DNA of 64,000 bases from Macrostomum lignano (lineage: Eukaryota). Below the pieces are notes generated by a model. It was not told where the DNA came from and did no database searches. It saw only the letters and a list, made by a program, of their open reading frames with translations. The stretch is from contig NIVC01002206.1 of the NCBI GenBank assembly GCA_002269645.1, positions 1-64,000 on the forward strand. Reading direction: 5' to 3'. The translations under genes and the position numbers were made by a program. Shown in pieces: positions 41,509-54,789 of the stretch; position 1 is the stretch's first letter; each line of letters starts with the position of its first letter.

Positions 41509-44500
41509 ATGAATCTTTCCGATTTCTCTATTATTATTTTGTCTTTTGGTTGCGTTGTGCTCGCCACTGACATTGACAAGATCGAATGGGGAAAGCACCA
41601 TGACAACAAAGAAGTATTTGAGATCCTAGAAGCAGTAAACAAGAGATGTCCCGATATCACTTCTTTGTACCATCTAAAATATCGTGATACATCTGGTAAT
41701 GAACGCGACGAGACTCCACGAGGCAACAAGCTCCATGTTCTTGCTTTTGGAACGTCTGAGCCAGGTACAGAATTGTGTAGAGCAAAAATGTCTGACCGTC
41801 TTTTTCTTTGATACCAGTAGTAATGAGTCATACTCATGACAATGTTACAATGTAATGGTAATGGTTTTTCATTAAATTGTATTTTCTTGTAAATAATCGT
41901 GTCTGTAGCCATGAAGAGTTCAATTTTGCTACACTATTTAATTAAAAATGTTTTCTTGTTTGTAAAGAACTTACTTTAAGAACTGCATATAGAAAATCTA
42001 TATGACATTAGTTTAAATATATTTTAATACAGTTTTGCACCTTTTAATACATATTATGCATTCATGCTACTGCTATGGTTCTTTTGTATATTTTAAAGGA
42101 AGTCTTTGAGCTATGCCACTATAGTTCTGCCTTTGATATATTTTTTTGTAATAAATAACTCATGACTTATATATACAGTTTAATTGTATGCCACATGCCA
42201 CAGTTGATTTTTAATTGTAAATGAATATAAGCAAATAGTTTAAAGTACTTATACTTTGAAAAATATGTTAATATGACAAAATTCTAGAAATTCTAGGTTG
42301 GTTTTAGGAAATAAGCATTTTCCTTCTAGTTTTATATAAACCTATTTAGATTATTCTAAATTTATCTATATGTACTGGTTAGTTTTTTTGCAAATATTAA
42401 TTTTGCAGATATTAATAACCCCTGAAATTGACCCTGGGTTCAAATTTGCACCCAACACCCAGACAAAAAACTAGATATTCATATTCTATTTTCTTATGCT
42501 AGTTTGGTATGGATGCTTAGTATAGATAGATGTTTTCTCTCAAAATAGTTTAATAAGCTAATTCATAGAAGCATGAAATTTCTAGTAAGAGGTAAAAAAG
42601 GTACTGTTATAACAAATACTAGCAAAATTTGTTTCCAAACAGGCCGCCCAGAGTTCAAGTGGGTTGGCAACATGCATGGCAACGAGGTTGTTGGCCGCGA
42701 GCTGATTCTCCGCCTAGCTGTGGACCTCTGCCTGGGCCATCGCAATGGCAACCCACTGGCCGCCAGCCTGGTTGGCCGCGCCCGCCTGCACCTCATGCCC
42801 AGCATGAACCCCGACGGCTGGGAGATCGCCAACGACCCCTCCGCCCCAGGCCGTCGCACCGAGGTCAAAGGCCGCCAGAATGCCAACAATGTGGACCTGA
42901 ACAGGGACTTCCCAGATCTGGACAGGCGCATCTACGAGCTGGAGCGAGCCGGCACTGGACCGTTCGACCACCTGTTTAGCAACCACACTGAGCGGTTCGT
43001 CAGCTGATTTGGGATTATTTTATAATTTTGCAGCCCCGCTTTTTAACTGTTTATAATCTGAGTATTTCGAACAGGGTTTGGCAAACTCTGGCCTATATGC
43101 TGCCCGCGACGCCTCTATCCAGCCCTCGGGTCCTTTGAAACTTCACAATAGCCATCCGGCCCGTCAAGGTTTGTGTCGCTTCTCAGCTCTCTTCTCTCTA
43201 ATCTACTCTCTCCTCTCTCATCTCCTCTTCTCTCTCTCTTTCTCTCATCTCTTCTCTCTCATCTCCTCTTCTCTCCTCTCGCCTTCTCTCTCCTCTTCTT
43301 TCTTCTCGTCTTCTCTTCTTGGGAAAAAATCTTGGGATTTAGATTCAGCAGTTATTCTGTTGTTATAACAGGATTTAGTTGCTGAGCAAATTCCCTATAA
43401 TATCTATCCGATCAAAAATCCATAAATAGCATATAGAATCAACACCCTCCCTACTACACAGGTGCGGCCGCCAGCCCGAGACCTGCATGGTGATGAAGTG
43501 GATTCTGACCAACAATTTCGTCCTGTCGGCCAACCTGCACGGCGGCGACAAAGTGGCCAATTATCCCTACGACGAGTCCCGGCCAGACAGCCCCAATGCC
43601 TATTCGGCCTCGCCAGACGACCGCCTGTTCCGCCAACTTGCCCTGGCCTATTCGTCCGGAAATCCGGCCATGTACGACCGGCGCTACGCCTGCCCGGCCG
43701 AGGGCGGCGCCGACGGTCGGCCGAATCCGTTCCGCCGGGGCGTCACCAACGGCGCCAAATGGTACAGCGTGGCTAGCGGCATGCAGGACTTCAACTATTT
43801 GGCCTCCAACTGCTACGAGATAACGGTTGGTGTTTTTTTGTTTGTTTTACAATTTCAGAAGCTAGTCTTTGTCACTTTTTGTGTGTCTTTGTTGGTGATG
43901 GTTTTATGGGTCTTTGTTGGTGATGGTTTTATGGGTCTTTGTCGTGGATGGTTTTATGAGTCTTTGTTGGTGATGATTTTTTATGGGTCTTTGTTTGTGA
44001 TGGTTTTATGGGTCTTTGTCGTGGATGGTTTTATGAGTCTTTGTTGGTGATGGTTTTATGGGTCTTTATTGATTATGGTTTTTATGGTTCTTTGCCATTG
44101 ATAGTTTTATGAGTCTGTCGGTAATGATTTTATGGGTCTTTGTTGGTGATGATTTTTTATGGGTCTTTGTTTGTGATGGTTTCATGGATCTTTGTCAGTG
44201 ATGATTTTATGGGTCTTTTTTGTTGATGATTTGATGGGTCTTTGCTTGCGATGGTTTTTGTGGGTCTTTGTTGGTAATGGTTTTATCGGTCTTTGTTGGT
44301 GATGGTTCATTGGTTTTATGGGTCTGTTATTTATGGTTTAAGGGTCTTTGTTATTTATGGTTTATGGGTCTTTGTTATTTGTGGTTTTGGGGTCGGTTCT
44401 TGATGGTTTTCTGGGTCTTTGCTGGTGATGGTTTTTTAGGTCTTTATTGGTGATGACTGTGTGTCTGTCGGTGCTATTCTACATGTATGATTCAGAGATA

Positions 44501-47500
44501 ATTGCTTTTAAACTGCACGCGGTCCACATCCTTGTGCTACATCCTGGATATGGACAGATTTTCAAAAAATATGCTATGTTAGATTTAGGAATTTATTTCT
44601 AATTTTAGCAATTTCGCCACTTCGCCGTACACCCTGGTTCGTGTAGTCGCAATCTGGGGCAAAAGAACAATTTTTTATGATTCGAAATTTCGCAATTCCA
44701 CAGCCGGGAAGCAATTATAGCAATTTGGCCAGCCTGTTCCTTTAATCCGTCCTGGAGCAATCTGGCTTCCCTTTGAACTTAACGAGTTGTCTTTGACTTG
44801 CTTTGCGTGCCAGTACGTGGGCGGGGCCGAAATCGGGACTTGAGCATTCTGATGAGCATTGGGTTTTTATACTGTTGAGATCTGCCTGCCTGAGACTCGA
44901 CGGCGAAATCTCTCAGAAATCTTGCAAAAACATTTCGACTATTTAGCAAGCATGTCAGTTGCTGGGCCACCGGCACCTCTCAGATCTTCAGTTGCTGGGC
45001 AGCCTCCCAGATCCTCAGTTGCTGGGCCATCGACCTCCCAGATCCTCAGTTGCTGCGTCATCGCCCTTCCAGATCCTCAGTTGCTGGGCCATCGCCCTTC
45101 CAGATCCTCAGTTGCTGGGCCATCGCCCTCCCAGATCCTCAGTTGTTGGGATATCGCCCTCCCAGATCCTCAGTTGTTGGGATATCGCCCTCCCAGATCC
45201 TCAGTTGTTGGGATATCGCCCTCCCAGATCCTCAGTTGCTGGGCCATCGCCCTTCCAGATCCTCAGTTGCTGGGCCATCGCCCTCCCAGATCCTCAGTTG
45301 TTGGGATATCGCCCTCCCAGATCCTCAGTTGTTGGGATATCGCCCTCCCAGATCCTCAGTTGCTGGGCAGCCTCCCAGATCCTCAGTTGCTGGGCCATCG
45401 CCCTCCCAGATGCTCAGTTGCTGGGCCATCGCCCTCCCAGATGCTCAGTTGCTGGGCCATCGCCCTCCCAGATGCTCAGTTGCTGGGCCATCGCCCTCCC
45501 AGATGCTCAGTTGCTGGGCCAGCCTCTCAGATGCTCAGTTGCTGGGCCAGCCTCTCAGATGCTCAGTTGCTGGGCCAGCCTCCCAGATGCTCAGTTGCTG
45601 GGCCAGCCTCCCAGATGCTCAGTTGCTGGGCCAGCCTCCCAGATCCTCAGTTGCTGGGCAGCCTCCCAGATGCTCAGTTGCTGGGCCAGCCTCCCAGATG
45701 CTCAGTTGTTGGGCCAGCCTCCCAAATCCTCAGTTGCTGGGCCTCCTTCCCAGATCCTCAGTTGCTGGGCCTCCTTCCCAGATCCTCAGTTGCTGGGCCA
45801 GCCTCCCAGATCCCAGTTGCTGGGCCACCGGCACCTCTCAGATCTTCAGTTGCTGGGCAGCCTCCCAGATCCTCAGTTGCTGGGCCATCGACCTCCCAGA
45901 TCCTCAGTTGCTGGGTCATCGCCCTCCCAGATCCTCAGTTGCTGGGCCATCGCCCTTCCAGATCCTCAGTTGCTGGGCCATCGCCCTTCCAGATGCTCAG
46001 TTGCTGGGCCATCGCCCTTCCAGATGCTCAGTTGTTGGGATATCGCCCTCCCAGATGCTCAGTTGCTGGGCAGCCTCCCAGATCCTCAGTTGCTGGGCCA
46101 TCGCCCTCCCAGATGCTCAGTTGCTGGGCCATCGCCCTTCCAGATGCTCAGTTGCTGGGCCATCGCCCTCCCAGATGCTCAGTTGCTGGGCCAGCCTCTC
46201 AGATGCTCAGTTGCTGGGCCATCGCCCTCCCAGATGCTCAGTTGCTGGGCCATCGCCCTCCCAGATGCTCAGTTGCTGGGCCATCGCCCTCCCAGATGCT
46301 CAGTTGCTGGGCCAGCCTCTCAGATGCTCAGTTGCTGGGCCAGCCTCCCAGATCCTCAGTTGCTGGGCAGCCTCCCAGATGCTCAGTTGCTGGGCCAGCC
46401 TCCCAGATGCTCAGTTGTTGGGCCAGCCTCCCAAATCCTCAGTTGCTGGGCCTCCTTCCCAGATGCTCAGTTGCTGGGCCTCCTTCCCAGATCCTCAGTT
46501 GCTGGGCCAGCCTCCCAGATCCCAGTTGCTGGGCCACCGGCACCTCTCTGATCTTCAGTTGCTGGGCAGCCTCCCAGATCCTCAGTTGCTGGGCCATCGA
46601 CCTCCCAGATCCTCAGTTGCTGGGCAGCCTCCCAGATGCTCAGTTGCTGGGCCAGCCTCCCAGATGCTCAGTTGCTGGGCAGCCTCCCAGATCCTGACTG
46701 TGGATGTCTTCCAGTCCCCATACAGTCCAGTGAGTGCTTACTAGAGCGGCTCCCCCCTCTCCCACCAGGTGGAGCTGGGCTGCAAGAAGTACCCGCCAGG
46801 CAACGAGCTGCCCCGCTACTGGGAGGAGAACAGGCAGGCCTTGGTCAACTACATGTCCGCCGTGCACTTCGGCATCAAAGGCCAGGTTACCAAGGCCGGC
46901 AGTCCTGTTGCTAAGGGTGCCGCTGTTATCACGGTTGACCGCATCGACACCGACGGATCTGTGCTGCCCATCCTGCACAATGTGAACACCGGTGAGGGGT
47001 GATTATCGTATGTGGAGGGCGATTATCACATTTCATTTTAGTGGTTATCATCTGTTGGTGGCGATTATCATTTGTGGCGGGGGCGATTATCATATTTAGG
47101 CGATTATCACATTTGGGCGATTATCATACGAGCGTATTTAGGCGATTATATCACATTTGGGCGATTATCATATTTGGGCGATTACAGTTGTATCATCTGT
47201 GGGTGGGGGCGATTATCATCTGTGCGGGCGATTATCACATTTGGGCGATTATCACATTTGGGCGATTATCACATTTGGGCGATTATCATCTATCTGTGCG
47301 GGCGATTATCATCTGTGCGGCGATTATCATCTGTGCAGGCTATTATCACATTTGGGCGATTATCACATTTGGGCGATTATCACATTTGGGCGATTATCAT
47401 ATTTGGGCGATTATCATCAATAATAAACGCTTTTGGTGCAGAAGATCAATTAGCGACCCGCACCCGTTCCCACAGGAGCGCACGGCTACTACCACCGCCT

Positions 47501-48632
47501 GCTGACTGACGGCCCCTTCGTCGTTACCGCCAACGCCCCCGGCTGCGCCCCGGTCACCAAGTGCGTCATGATCGACAACGGCGTCAACCTGGAGCGCTGG
47601 TCGGCCCGTCAGGTCGACTTTCACCTGTGCGCTGACGCCGCCGCCACCGGCTCTGGCAAGCCGCGCCAGATCGACTCGTCCTGCGAAGGCGTCCTGGTTG
47701 ATGTAAGTCTGGGAGGGCGGAGGGCAACTGCCCGCTGGTGCTGTGCCATTGCACGACTATGAAATTGACCTTGAGAATCGCCCCTCCTCTAAAAAAAATC
47801 GGCAGTGAGAATCGCCGTCCTATAAAAATCGCCACTGATAATCGCCCCCCCCCTATAAAAATCGCCACTGAAAATCGCCCTCCTAAAAAAATCGCCACTG
47901 AAAATCGCCCTCCTAAAAAAATCGCCAGTGAGAATCTCCTCCCCCCTATAAAAATCGCCACTGAAAATTTTCCTCCTATAAAAATCGCCCTCCTAAAAAA
48001 ATCGCCAGCGAGATTCTCCTCCCCTCCTATAAAATCGCCAGTGAGACTCTCCTCCCCTCCTATAAAAATCGCCCTCCTAAAAAAATCACCAGTGAGATTC
48101 TCCTCCCCTCCTATAAAATCGCCAGTGAGACTCTCCTCCCCTCCTATAAAAATCGCCCCTGAGAATCGCCTCCCTCCTATAAAAATCGCCACTGAGAATC
48201 GCCTTCCTACTCCTATAAAAATCGCCCCTGAGAATCGCCTTCCTCCTCCTATAAAAATCGCCCCTGAGAATCGCCTCCCTCCTATAAAAATCGCCACTGA
48301 GAATCGCCTTCCTACTCCTATAAAAATCGCCCCTGAGAATCGCCTTCCTTACTCCTATAAAAATCGCCCCTGAGAATCGCCTTCCTTACTCCTATAAAAA
48401 TCGCCACTGAGAATCGCCTCCCTCCTCCTATAAAAATCGCCACTGAGAATCGCCTCCCTCCTCCTATAAAAATCGCCACTGAGAATCGCCTCCCTCCTAT
48501 AAAAATCGCCACTGGGAATCGCCCTCCTATAAAAATCTGCCCTAATACTTGCCCCTCCCACTAGTTATAAATTTTGTACTAAATGTACAGCTTTTGTATC
48601 TTTAAACTACGCTAAAATTTCAGGGTGAATAA
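41509..48632 (+). CDS. CPE: Zinc carboxypeptidase M14B (carboxypeptidase E-like, soluble), ~476 aa
   Basis: Exons 41509-41764, 42643-42994, 43462-43825, 46769-46991, 47476-47702 and a tentative terminal exon 48624-48632 (GGT GAA TAA). Signal peptide; [36 protein letters not shown] catalytic motifs intact; C-terminal transthyretin-like domain (GIKGQV..YYHRLL). Confidence 0.9.
43880..44460. repeat. Degenerate T/G-rich minisatellite (GATGGTTTTATGGGTCTTTGTTGGT)
   Basis: Direct reading. Confidence 0.88.
44950..46697. repeat. Minisatellite, 26-31 bp units, same family as the GABARAPL2 intron array (CPE intron 3)
   Basis: Core CCTCCCAGATSCTCAGTTGCTGGGC; marker block GGCCACCGGCACCTCTC recurs at ~44965, ~45823 and ~46533. 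Confidence 0.95.
47000..47420. repeat. Minisatellite, ~17-bp unit GGCGATTATCACATTTG (CPE intron 4)
   Basis: Direct reading. Confidence 0.92.
47770..48550. repeat. Minisatellite with AATCGCC core (CPE intron 5)
   Basis: Tandem AAAATCGCCACTGAGAATCGCCCTCCTCCTAT variants. Confidence 0.92.
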
Positions 48633-50448
48633 AGCACTGCGGCACTGCGGCACTGCGGCAATATAAAATTCGGAACCAAAAAAGTCACAAATTAACTGAA
48701 ATGTCGAGAGGAATTTGACAATCTGAAAGATCCCATCGTATGCACGCATATAAAATATCCTTTCTATTTTTGTCACTGTCTGTCTGTTGTTAGCGTTAGC
48801 ATGCCCTGCATATTGGCTTTGTCAATTATATATTAATAAATATTTTTTTCAGTTATAGGCTACCGTTCGAAGCTTATTGTGTCCAGTTCATTCGTTTATT
48901 AATTGTGTTTTTTCTGTTACCATGGTTACCATGTGTCGCTAGCTGATAAAAAAGCAGCTCATTCGCGGAAAAGAATTACTGATCAAACATTCGAATATTT
49001 TATTTATTTGTTTTATTTCTAACAACCAAGGCATATTTGCGGAATTTTTGTGTCCTTTTTCCCAATAAAGTTTTTCCTTGTTTCCTTTTTTATTTAAACA
49101 CGTTCCCCAGATTTTGTTTTACAGCCTGAACACATTCGAAACCTCTGTAATTTTTTGTGGAGCAAACTCTGCTTGTGTCTGTGTCTTTTAAAGTCCAATA
49201 TTAATTTGTCCTCTAGTCTTGCGCTACGCTTATTATTATTATCAAATAATTCCAGAAACTTATGTAAAACTCATAGAAAAGTAACTTATTGTAATTTTGT
49301 TTTAACTGTCTGTCCAAAAGTTAAGCAAGCATAAGTGTTGTTATATTTTTGTGTGATGGCAAGCGCTGCTTCAATGTTGCTGCACTAATAGCTTGCATCT
49401 CAGAGACTGAAGCTTGTTTGCTCAAAGATTGGGGCTGGCCAGGCATTCAGTTTGAGTTGAGGCCGCCTGCAGAGTCTAATTTTAGCCCTGCCCTGTGTCC
49501 TGCAGCTGGGCTCTGGTGGATCGATAAGAGAGAAGCAAGAGAGCATTCCAGTTCTCCTGCACGTGTTTCTCATCCCCCCACCTCAAGTCGGTTCTCCACC
49601 TTCCATATTTGGACTGGGCCGGGATAGGGACGGGCCTGTGCGCAAGCACAAGGCAGGCTTGGACAGAAAAGTAAAGGAAGTGGCTGTGGGGAACTGAGAG
49701 AGAGAGAGAGAGGCTGGAGATGATGAAGCTCCCCGAGTCCCCGGGCCGGGCGACGTTAGGCTCCGCAGAAAAAATAAGTGCAAAGGCAGGCAGAGGAGAA
49801 AGCTTTTTCGACTCGAAGCTATTTTGTTGCGGCAACATCCTACTCGTTAGTAGGCTATGTGAAATATCAACCAACTCGCCCCCCAAATAATAGTTTTGTT
49901 ATTTTATTCTAATCATTAATAGTTTATATAAATCTATTTATATTTGTTTAGCATATTTGTGTTCTTGTATATTGTGTTGGGAGTCCTTCAAAGTGCGGTG
50001 TTACAGCACTTGGATATCTATCTATCTATATATACATTTATTAAAACCATATTTAAGTCACTCTTTAAGCAGCTTCTTCTAACCGAAGTTTGAATTTTGC
50101 AAGCGATTCAAATTGGCAAACAATGATATCTTGAAATCGTCCAATTTCGATATTTTCTCTTTCGATCTGTCTCAATCAAAAAAATTTGTGTCCGGTTTTC
50201 ATGCACTAATTGAACAACACTTGGAATAGAAAGAAATTGTTGAAATTCAACAGAGTTTGTGATCTTGAAACATCTTTAAAATATACTGTTTGCCGCCAAG
50301 CTCTGGCTGAAGGCAATTATTGACAAAAGGCATCAAAAATCGTTTTAAACCTTATTGCTTTTTGTTCTTTAGATTCTCATGCCGGTTCTCATGCCAATTC
50401 TCATGCCGATTCTCATGCCGATTTTCATCCCAATTCTCATGCCGATTC

Positions 50449-50841
50449 TCACTAACTAACAGTCTGACTAACTAACTAACTAACTAACTGACTGACTAAC
50501 TAACTGTCGTATAGACAATAAACTAATAACAGAAAAGAAGGGAAGCAGAAGACCCGGGTCGTAGCTGCGAGTTGAACTTGTATTTATACTAACAATAATG
50601 AACAGGTTAGCTGAATAATTATCTATGGTGAATTAACGGTTGAGATTGTCTGTGGGGAAGAGCATGGTAGACGAAGGGAGCTGACGGCTGACTGAAAAGT
50701 ACGAGTCTGAATTGCAAAACAGAAAGTACAAATATTTGGAGGATGGAAATCCGACATAAATAACCAACTAACTGACTAACTAACTAACTAACTGACTAAC
50801 TAACTAACTGACTAACTAACTAACTAACTGACTAACTAACT

Positions 50842-50884
<43 letters not shown>

Positions 50885-50999
50885 TTAACTAACCAACTAA
50901 CTGACTAACTAACTAACTAACTAACTGACTAACTAACTAACTGACTAACTAACTAACTAACTGACTAACTAACTAACTGACTAACTAACTAACTAACTG

Positions 51000-51048
<49 letters not shown>

Positions 51049-51107
51049 TTAACTAACTAACTAACTAACTGACTAACTAACTAACTGACTAACTAACTAA
51101 CTAACTG

Positions 51108-51156
<49 letters not shown>

Positions 51157-51157
51157 T

Positions 51158-51198
<41 letters not shown>

Positions 51199-51199
51199 G

Positions 51200-51244
<45 letters not shown>

Positions 51245-51245
51245 T

Positions 51246-51306
<61 letters not shown>

Positions 51307-51307
51307 G

Positions 51308-51350
<43 letters not shown>

Positions 51351-51387
51351 GACTAACTAACTAACTGACTAACTAACTAACTAACTG

Positions 51388-51422
<35 letters not shown>

Positions 51423-51431
51423 GACTCACTG

Positions 51432-51474
<43 letters not shown>

Positions 51475-51475
51475 G

Positions 51476-51530
<55 letters not shown>

Positions 51531-51575
51531 GACTAACTAACTAACTAACTGACTAACTAACTAACTAACTAACTG

Positions 51576-51608
<33 letters not shown>

Positions 51609-51643
51609 ATAACCAACTAACTAACTAACTAACTAACTAACTG

Positions 51644-51702
<59 letters not shown>

Positions 51703-51703
51703 G

Positions 51704-51744
<41 letters not shown>
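50449..51744. repeat. (CTAA)n microsatellite in two tracts (50449-50506, 50762-51744)
   Basis: Direct reading. Confidence 0.97.
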
Positions 51745-52349
51745 TGTGGTACCCTCGTCTGCAGCACAGCAATGGACAGTCAGACGAAGTGTTGACCGCA
51801 AACAAGGACCCAACGACAGATCAAACTCGTACAAGTGAAATCAAAGAGTCATAGGAGCTCGTATATGCAGAGTAGAAACACGGGCCCCGAATACTCTCCA
51901 GCGATTTAAAGCCAAAAATAAAATATCTATTTTAAAAAAACTAATTTCCATAACGTTAGGAAACCTCTGTCCGGTCCTTTGGTCCCGCCGGTCTTTGTTT
52001 TGAAGTCTTTGTGGCTCGTAATATTTTGTTAAACAAGGAAACTGCGAGAGCAATAAAGCATTTGCTGAGCCATTGCCAAAGAGTTCCAAAGAGAGAATCT
52101 GGATTGCATCAGAAGAATCGGAGCTGTGAAGGCCGACAAAATCTGAATCTCAGGCCAACACGGATACGAAATTTCACAACGCATCCATGTACTCCGTAGC
52201 AATCTCGTTCGCTTTCAGAACCATTTCTGTCCCGGTTCCGAATCACTGAACAAAATATTATTTTGGCGCCAATTAGGTCAAAAATATTTCCTTTTCACAT
52301 CTTAGAAAAAATACCATTTTTTCGTTTTAATTAAGTTCCAAATAAAAGC

Positions 52350-52600
52350 TTACAGCCCCAACTAGATTTCAGCGCCAAATAAAAGTTTTAGCGCCAATTA
52401 AAAGATTTAGCGCCAATTAAAAGTTTTTGTTGCTAATTAAAAGATTTCAGCGCCAAATAAAAGTTTTTAGCGCCAATTAAAAGTTTTTGGCGCGAATTAA
52501 AAGATTTCAGCGCCAAATAAAAGTTTTTAGCGCCAATTAAAAGTTTTTGTTGCTAATTAAAATATTTCAGCGTCAATTATAAGATTTTAGCGTCAATTCG
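52350..52600. repeat. Minisatellite, ~20-bp unit (TTTAGCGCCAATTAAAAG)
   Basis: Direct reading. Confidence 0.88.
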
Positions 52601-52857
52601 GCACCCAAATGCAAGTGATTCTTTTTCCGTGTAAAAGGGAAATTTCAGTGGCCTCGGATGATGTTGCTGCGGTGTAGGAACCCCCCTCCCCCGGTTTAAA
52701 GCTTTGTTTTCTCTCGGTATCTGAAGCAATTGTGGCATTATTGGTTACCATATTTCTGCGTGTTTCTTTTCTCCTCATCATTTATTTTAGGACTGGGATT
52801 TGGAGCTGTCAGAATCTGGAATAAAGCAACTCTTTCCCTATATAACTGCTCATTTAA

Positions 52858-52927
52858 GGATCCAAGGGGGGGGGAGGTCAAGGGGGTCATCTGCCCCCCT
52901 GGAGGAAAGATCCTAGATCCGCTCCTG
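52858..52927. mobile_element. Fragment of a hAT-type MITE resembling 32636-32824
   Basis: GGATCC-G-run ... C-run ... AGATCCGCTCCTG end; left terminus missing. Confidence 0.45.
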
Positions 52928-53214
52928 TCTAAAGCAATCATTAAGTTCTGCTTGATGAAACTAAATTTTATAAGCCAAAAAACTATAGTTTAAAATTCTG
53001 TCAAGGATTTAAAAAGTTTTCAAGCGGTTAACGTTCAGTTCCAAAATATTGATAAAATTACACGTACAAAGCTTTCTTGAAACATTCAACCGTCCCAGAA
53101 AATTGCGCTCCCCCAAAACTAAATGAAAGAGGTAACAAAGCTCAACGAAAGACGTGAGCTCAACTTTTGCCACCCCTTGAACGTGGCATCCATCGGCCTA
53201 AGAGGCAGGGGTTA

Positions 53215-54050
53215 GGGAGCGCTCACCAAGAGACAGTGGCGTACCCACCAAGAGACAGGGGCGCCCACCAAGAGACAGTGGCGTCCACCAAGAGACAGGG
53301 GCGTCCACCAAGAGACAGGGGCGTCCACCAAGAGACAGTGGCGCCCACCAAGAGACAGTGGCGCCCACCAAGAGACAGTGGCGTCCACTAAGAGACAGTG
53401 GCGTCCACCAAGAGACAGTGGCGTCCACCAAGAGACAGTGGCGCCCACCAAGAGACAGTGGCGTCCACTAAGAGACAGTGGCGTCCACCAAGAGACAGTG
53501 GCGTCCACCAAGAGACAGTGGCGTCCACCAAGAGACAGTGGCGTCCACCAAGAGACAGTGGCGTCCACCAAGAGACAGGGGCGTCCACCAAGAGACAGGG
53601 GCGCCCACCAAGAGACAGTGGCGCCCACCAAGAGACAGTGGCGTCCACTAAGAGACAGTGGCGTCCACCAAGAGACAGTGGCGTCCACCAAGAGACAGTG
53701 GCGTCCACCAAGAGACAGTGGCGTCCACCAAGAGACAGTGGCGTCCACCAAGAGACAGTGGCGTCCACCAAGAGACAGTGGCGTCCACCAAGAGACAGTG
53801 GCGTCCACCAAGAGACAGTGGCGTCCACCAAGAGACAGTGGCGTCCACCAAGAGACAGTGGCGTCCACCAAGAGACAGTGGCGTCCACCAAGAGACAGTG
53901 GCGTCCACCAAGAGACAGTGGCGTCCACCAAGAGACAGGGGCGTCCACCAAGAGACAGGGGCGCCCACCAAGAGACAGTGGCGTCCACCAAGAGACAGGG
54001 GCGCCCACCAAGAGACAGTGGCGTCCACCAAGAGACAGGGGCGCCCACCC
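53215..54050. repeat. Minisatellite, 20-bp unit (CCACCAAGAGACAGTGGCGT)
   Basis: Direct reading. Confidence 0.96.
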
Positions 54051-54789
54051 ACCAAGAGCCTTGGGGGTTGCGGCTCTTCCCGCCCCTCCAGTTACAATAA
54101 AAAGTCCAGCATTTGCCATCAGCTCTACCCCTCTATGCATTTGTCCCTGCCGTGTGTCTGAAAATGAGGTTCTATTGGGAACAGTTGGCAATCCAGACTC
54201 TAGTTTACGATCTCCTTGGCCAAACTAGGCCAAACCCGCCTCACCTCCGGCCCTGCCAATACAGTATTTAGGAAGGCCGGCGGGAAAGCAGGCAGCGAGA
54301 ACCGAACTGAGCCGCTTGAGAGAGAGAAAGAAAAAGACTGAGCTAAAAGAAAGAACAGCTGGTTACAAAGACTCAGATTTCTTTGTCTAACGCCACCAGC
54401 ACAGCGCCAGGTCTTTGTGACTTTTCAGTCTTTGTCGGAGTGCTGTTACTTCTATTCGCAAATGTTTAGATTTGCGTTATTCGAAACTCGAAGTTTGAGC
54501 AAACTGTCTGCGATAGTCTATGTCTGCGAACTGAGTGCAGACACTGCAGTTGGTCTAAATAGGACATGGACAACGAATGTAAGTACACTGCGTGTTAATT
54601 TTAGCTGCACTTTTAGCTCTCCTTGTGAGCTTATGAGCGAATTTGACATTATTTGACATTGGATCGAAATTCAGTCAGTTGGATGGGATCTTAAGTTTCA
54701 TTCTCTCTCCCGGTCTGACCTTTTCTCCCTCTTTCTCTTCCTCTCTCTACCCGTTTTTCTCTCGTATTCTCCCTCAAATCTCGTTCCTA

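Noticed and set aside
44859-46744. 530-612 aa ORFs, and similar ORFs at 6528-7719, 11199-12290, 22374-23305, 34961-36133, 53167-54228, 60394-61185, 61727-63766
   Set aside because: They are stop-free translations of tandem repeats, open in several frames at once; several lie in introns of well-supported genes.
50762-51744. (TTAG)n read as a telomeric repeat
   Set aside because: It is a tetranucleotide microsatellite like the others here, not TTAGG or TTAGGG.
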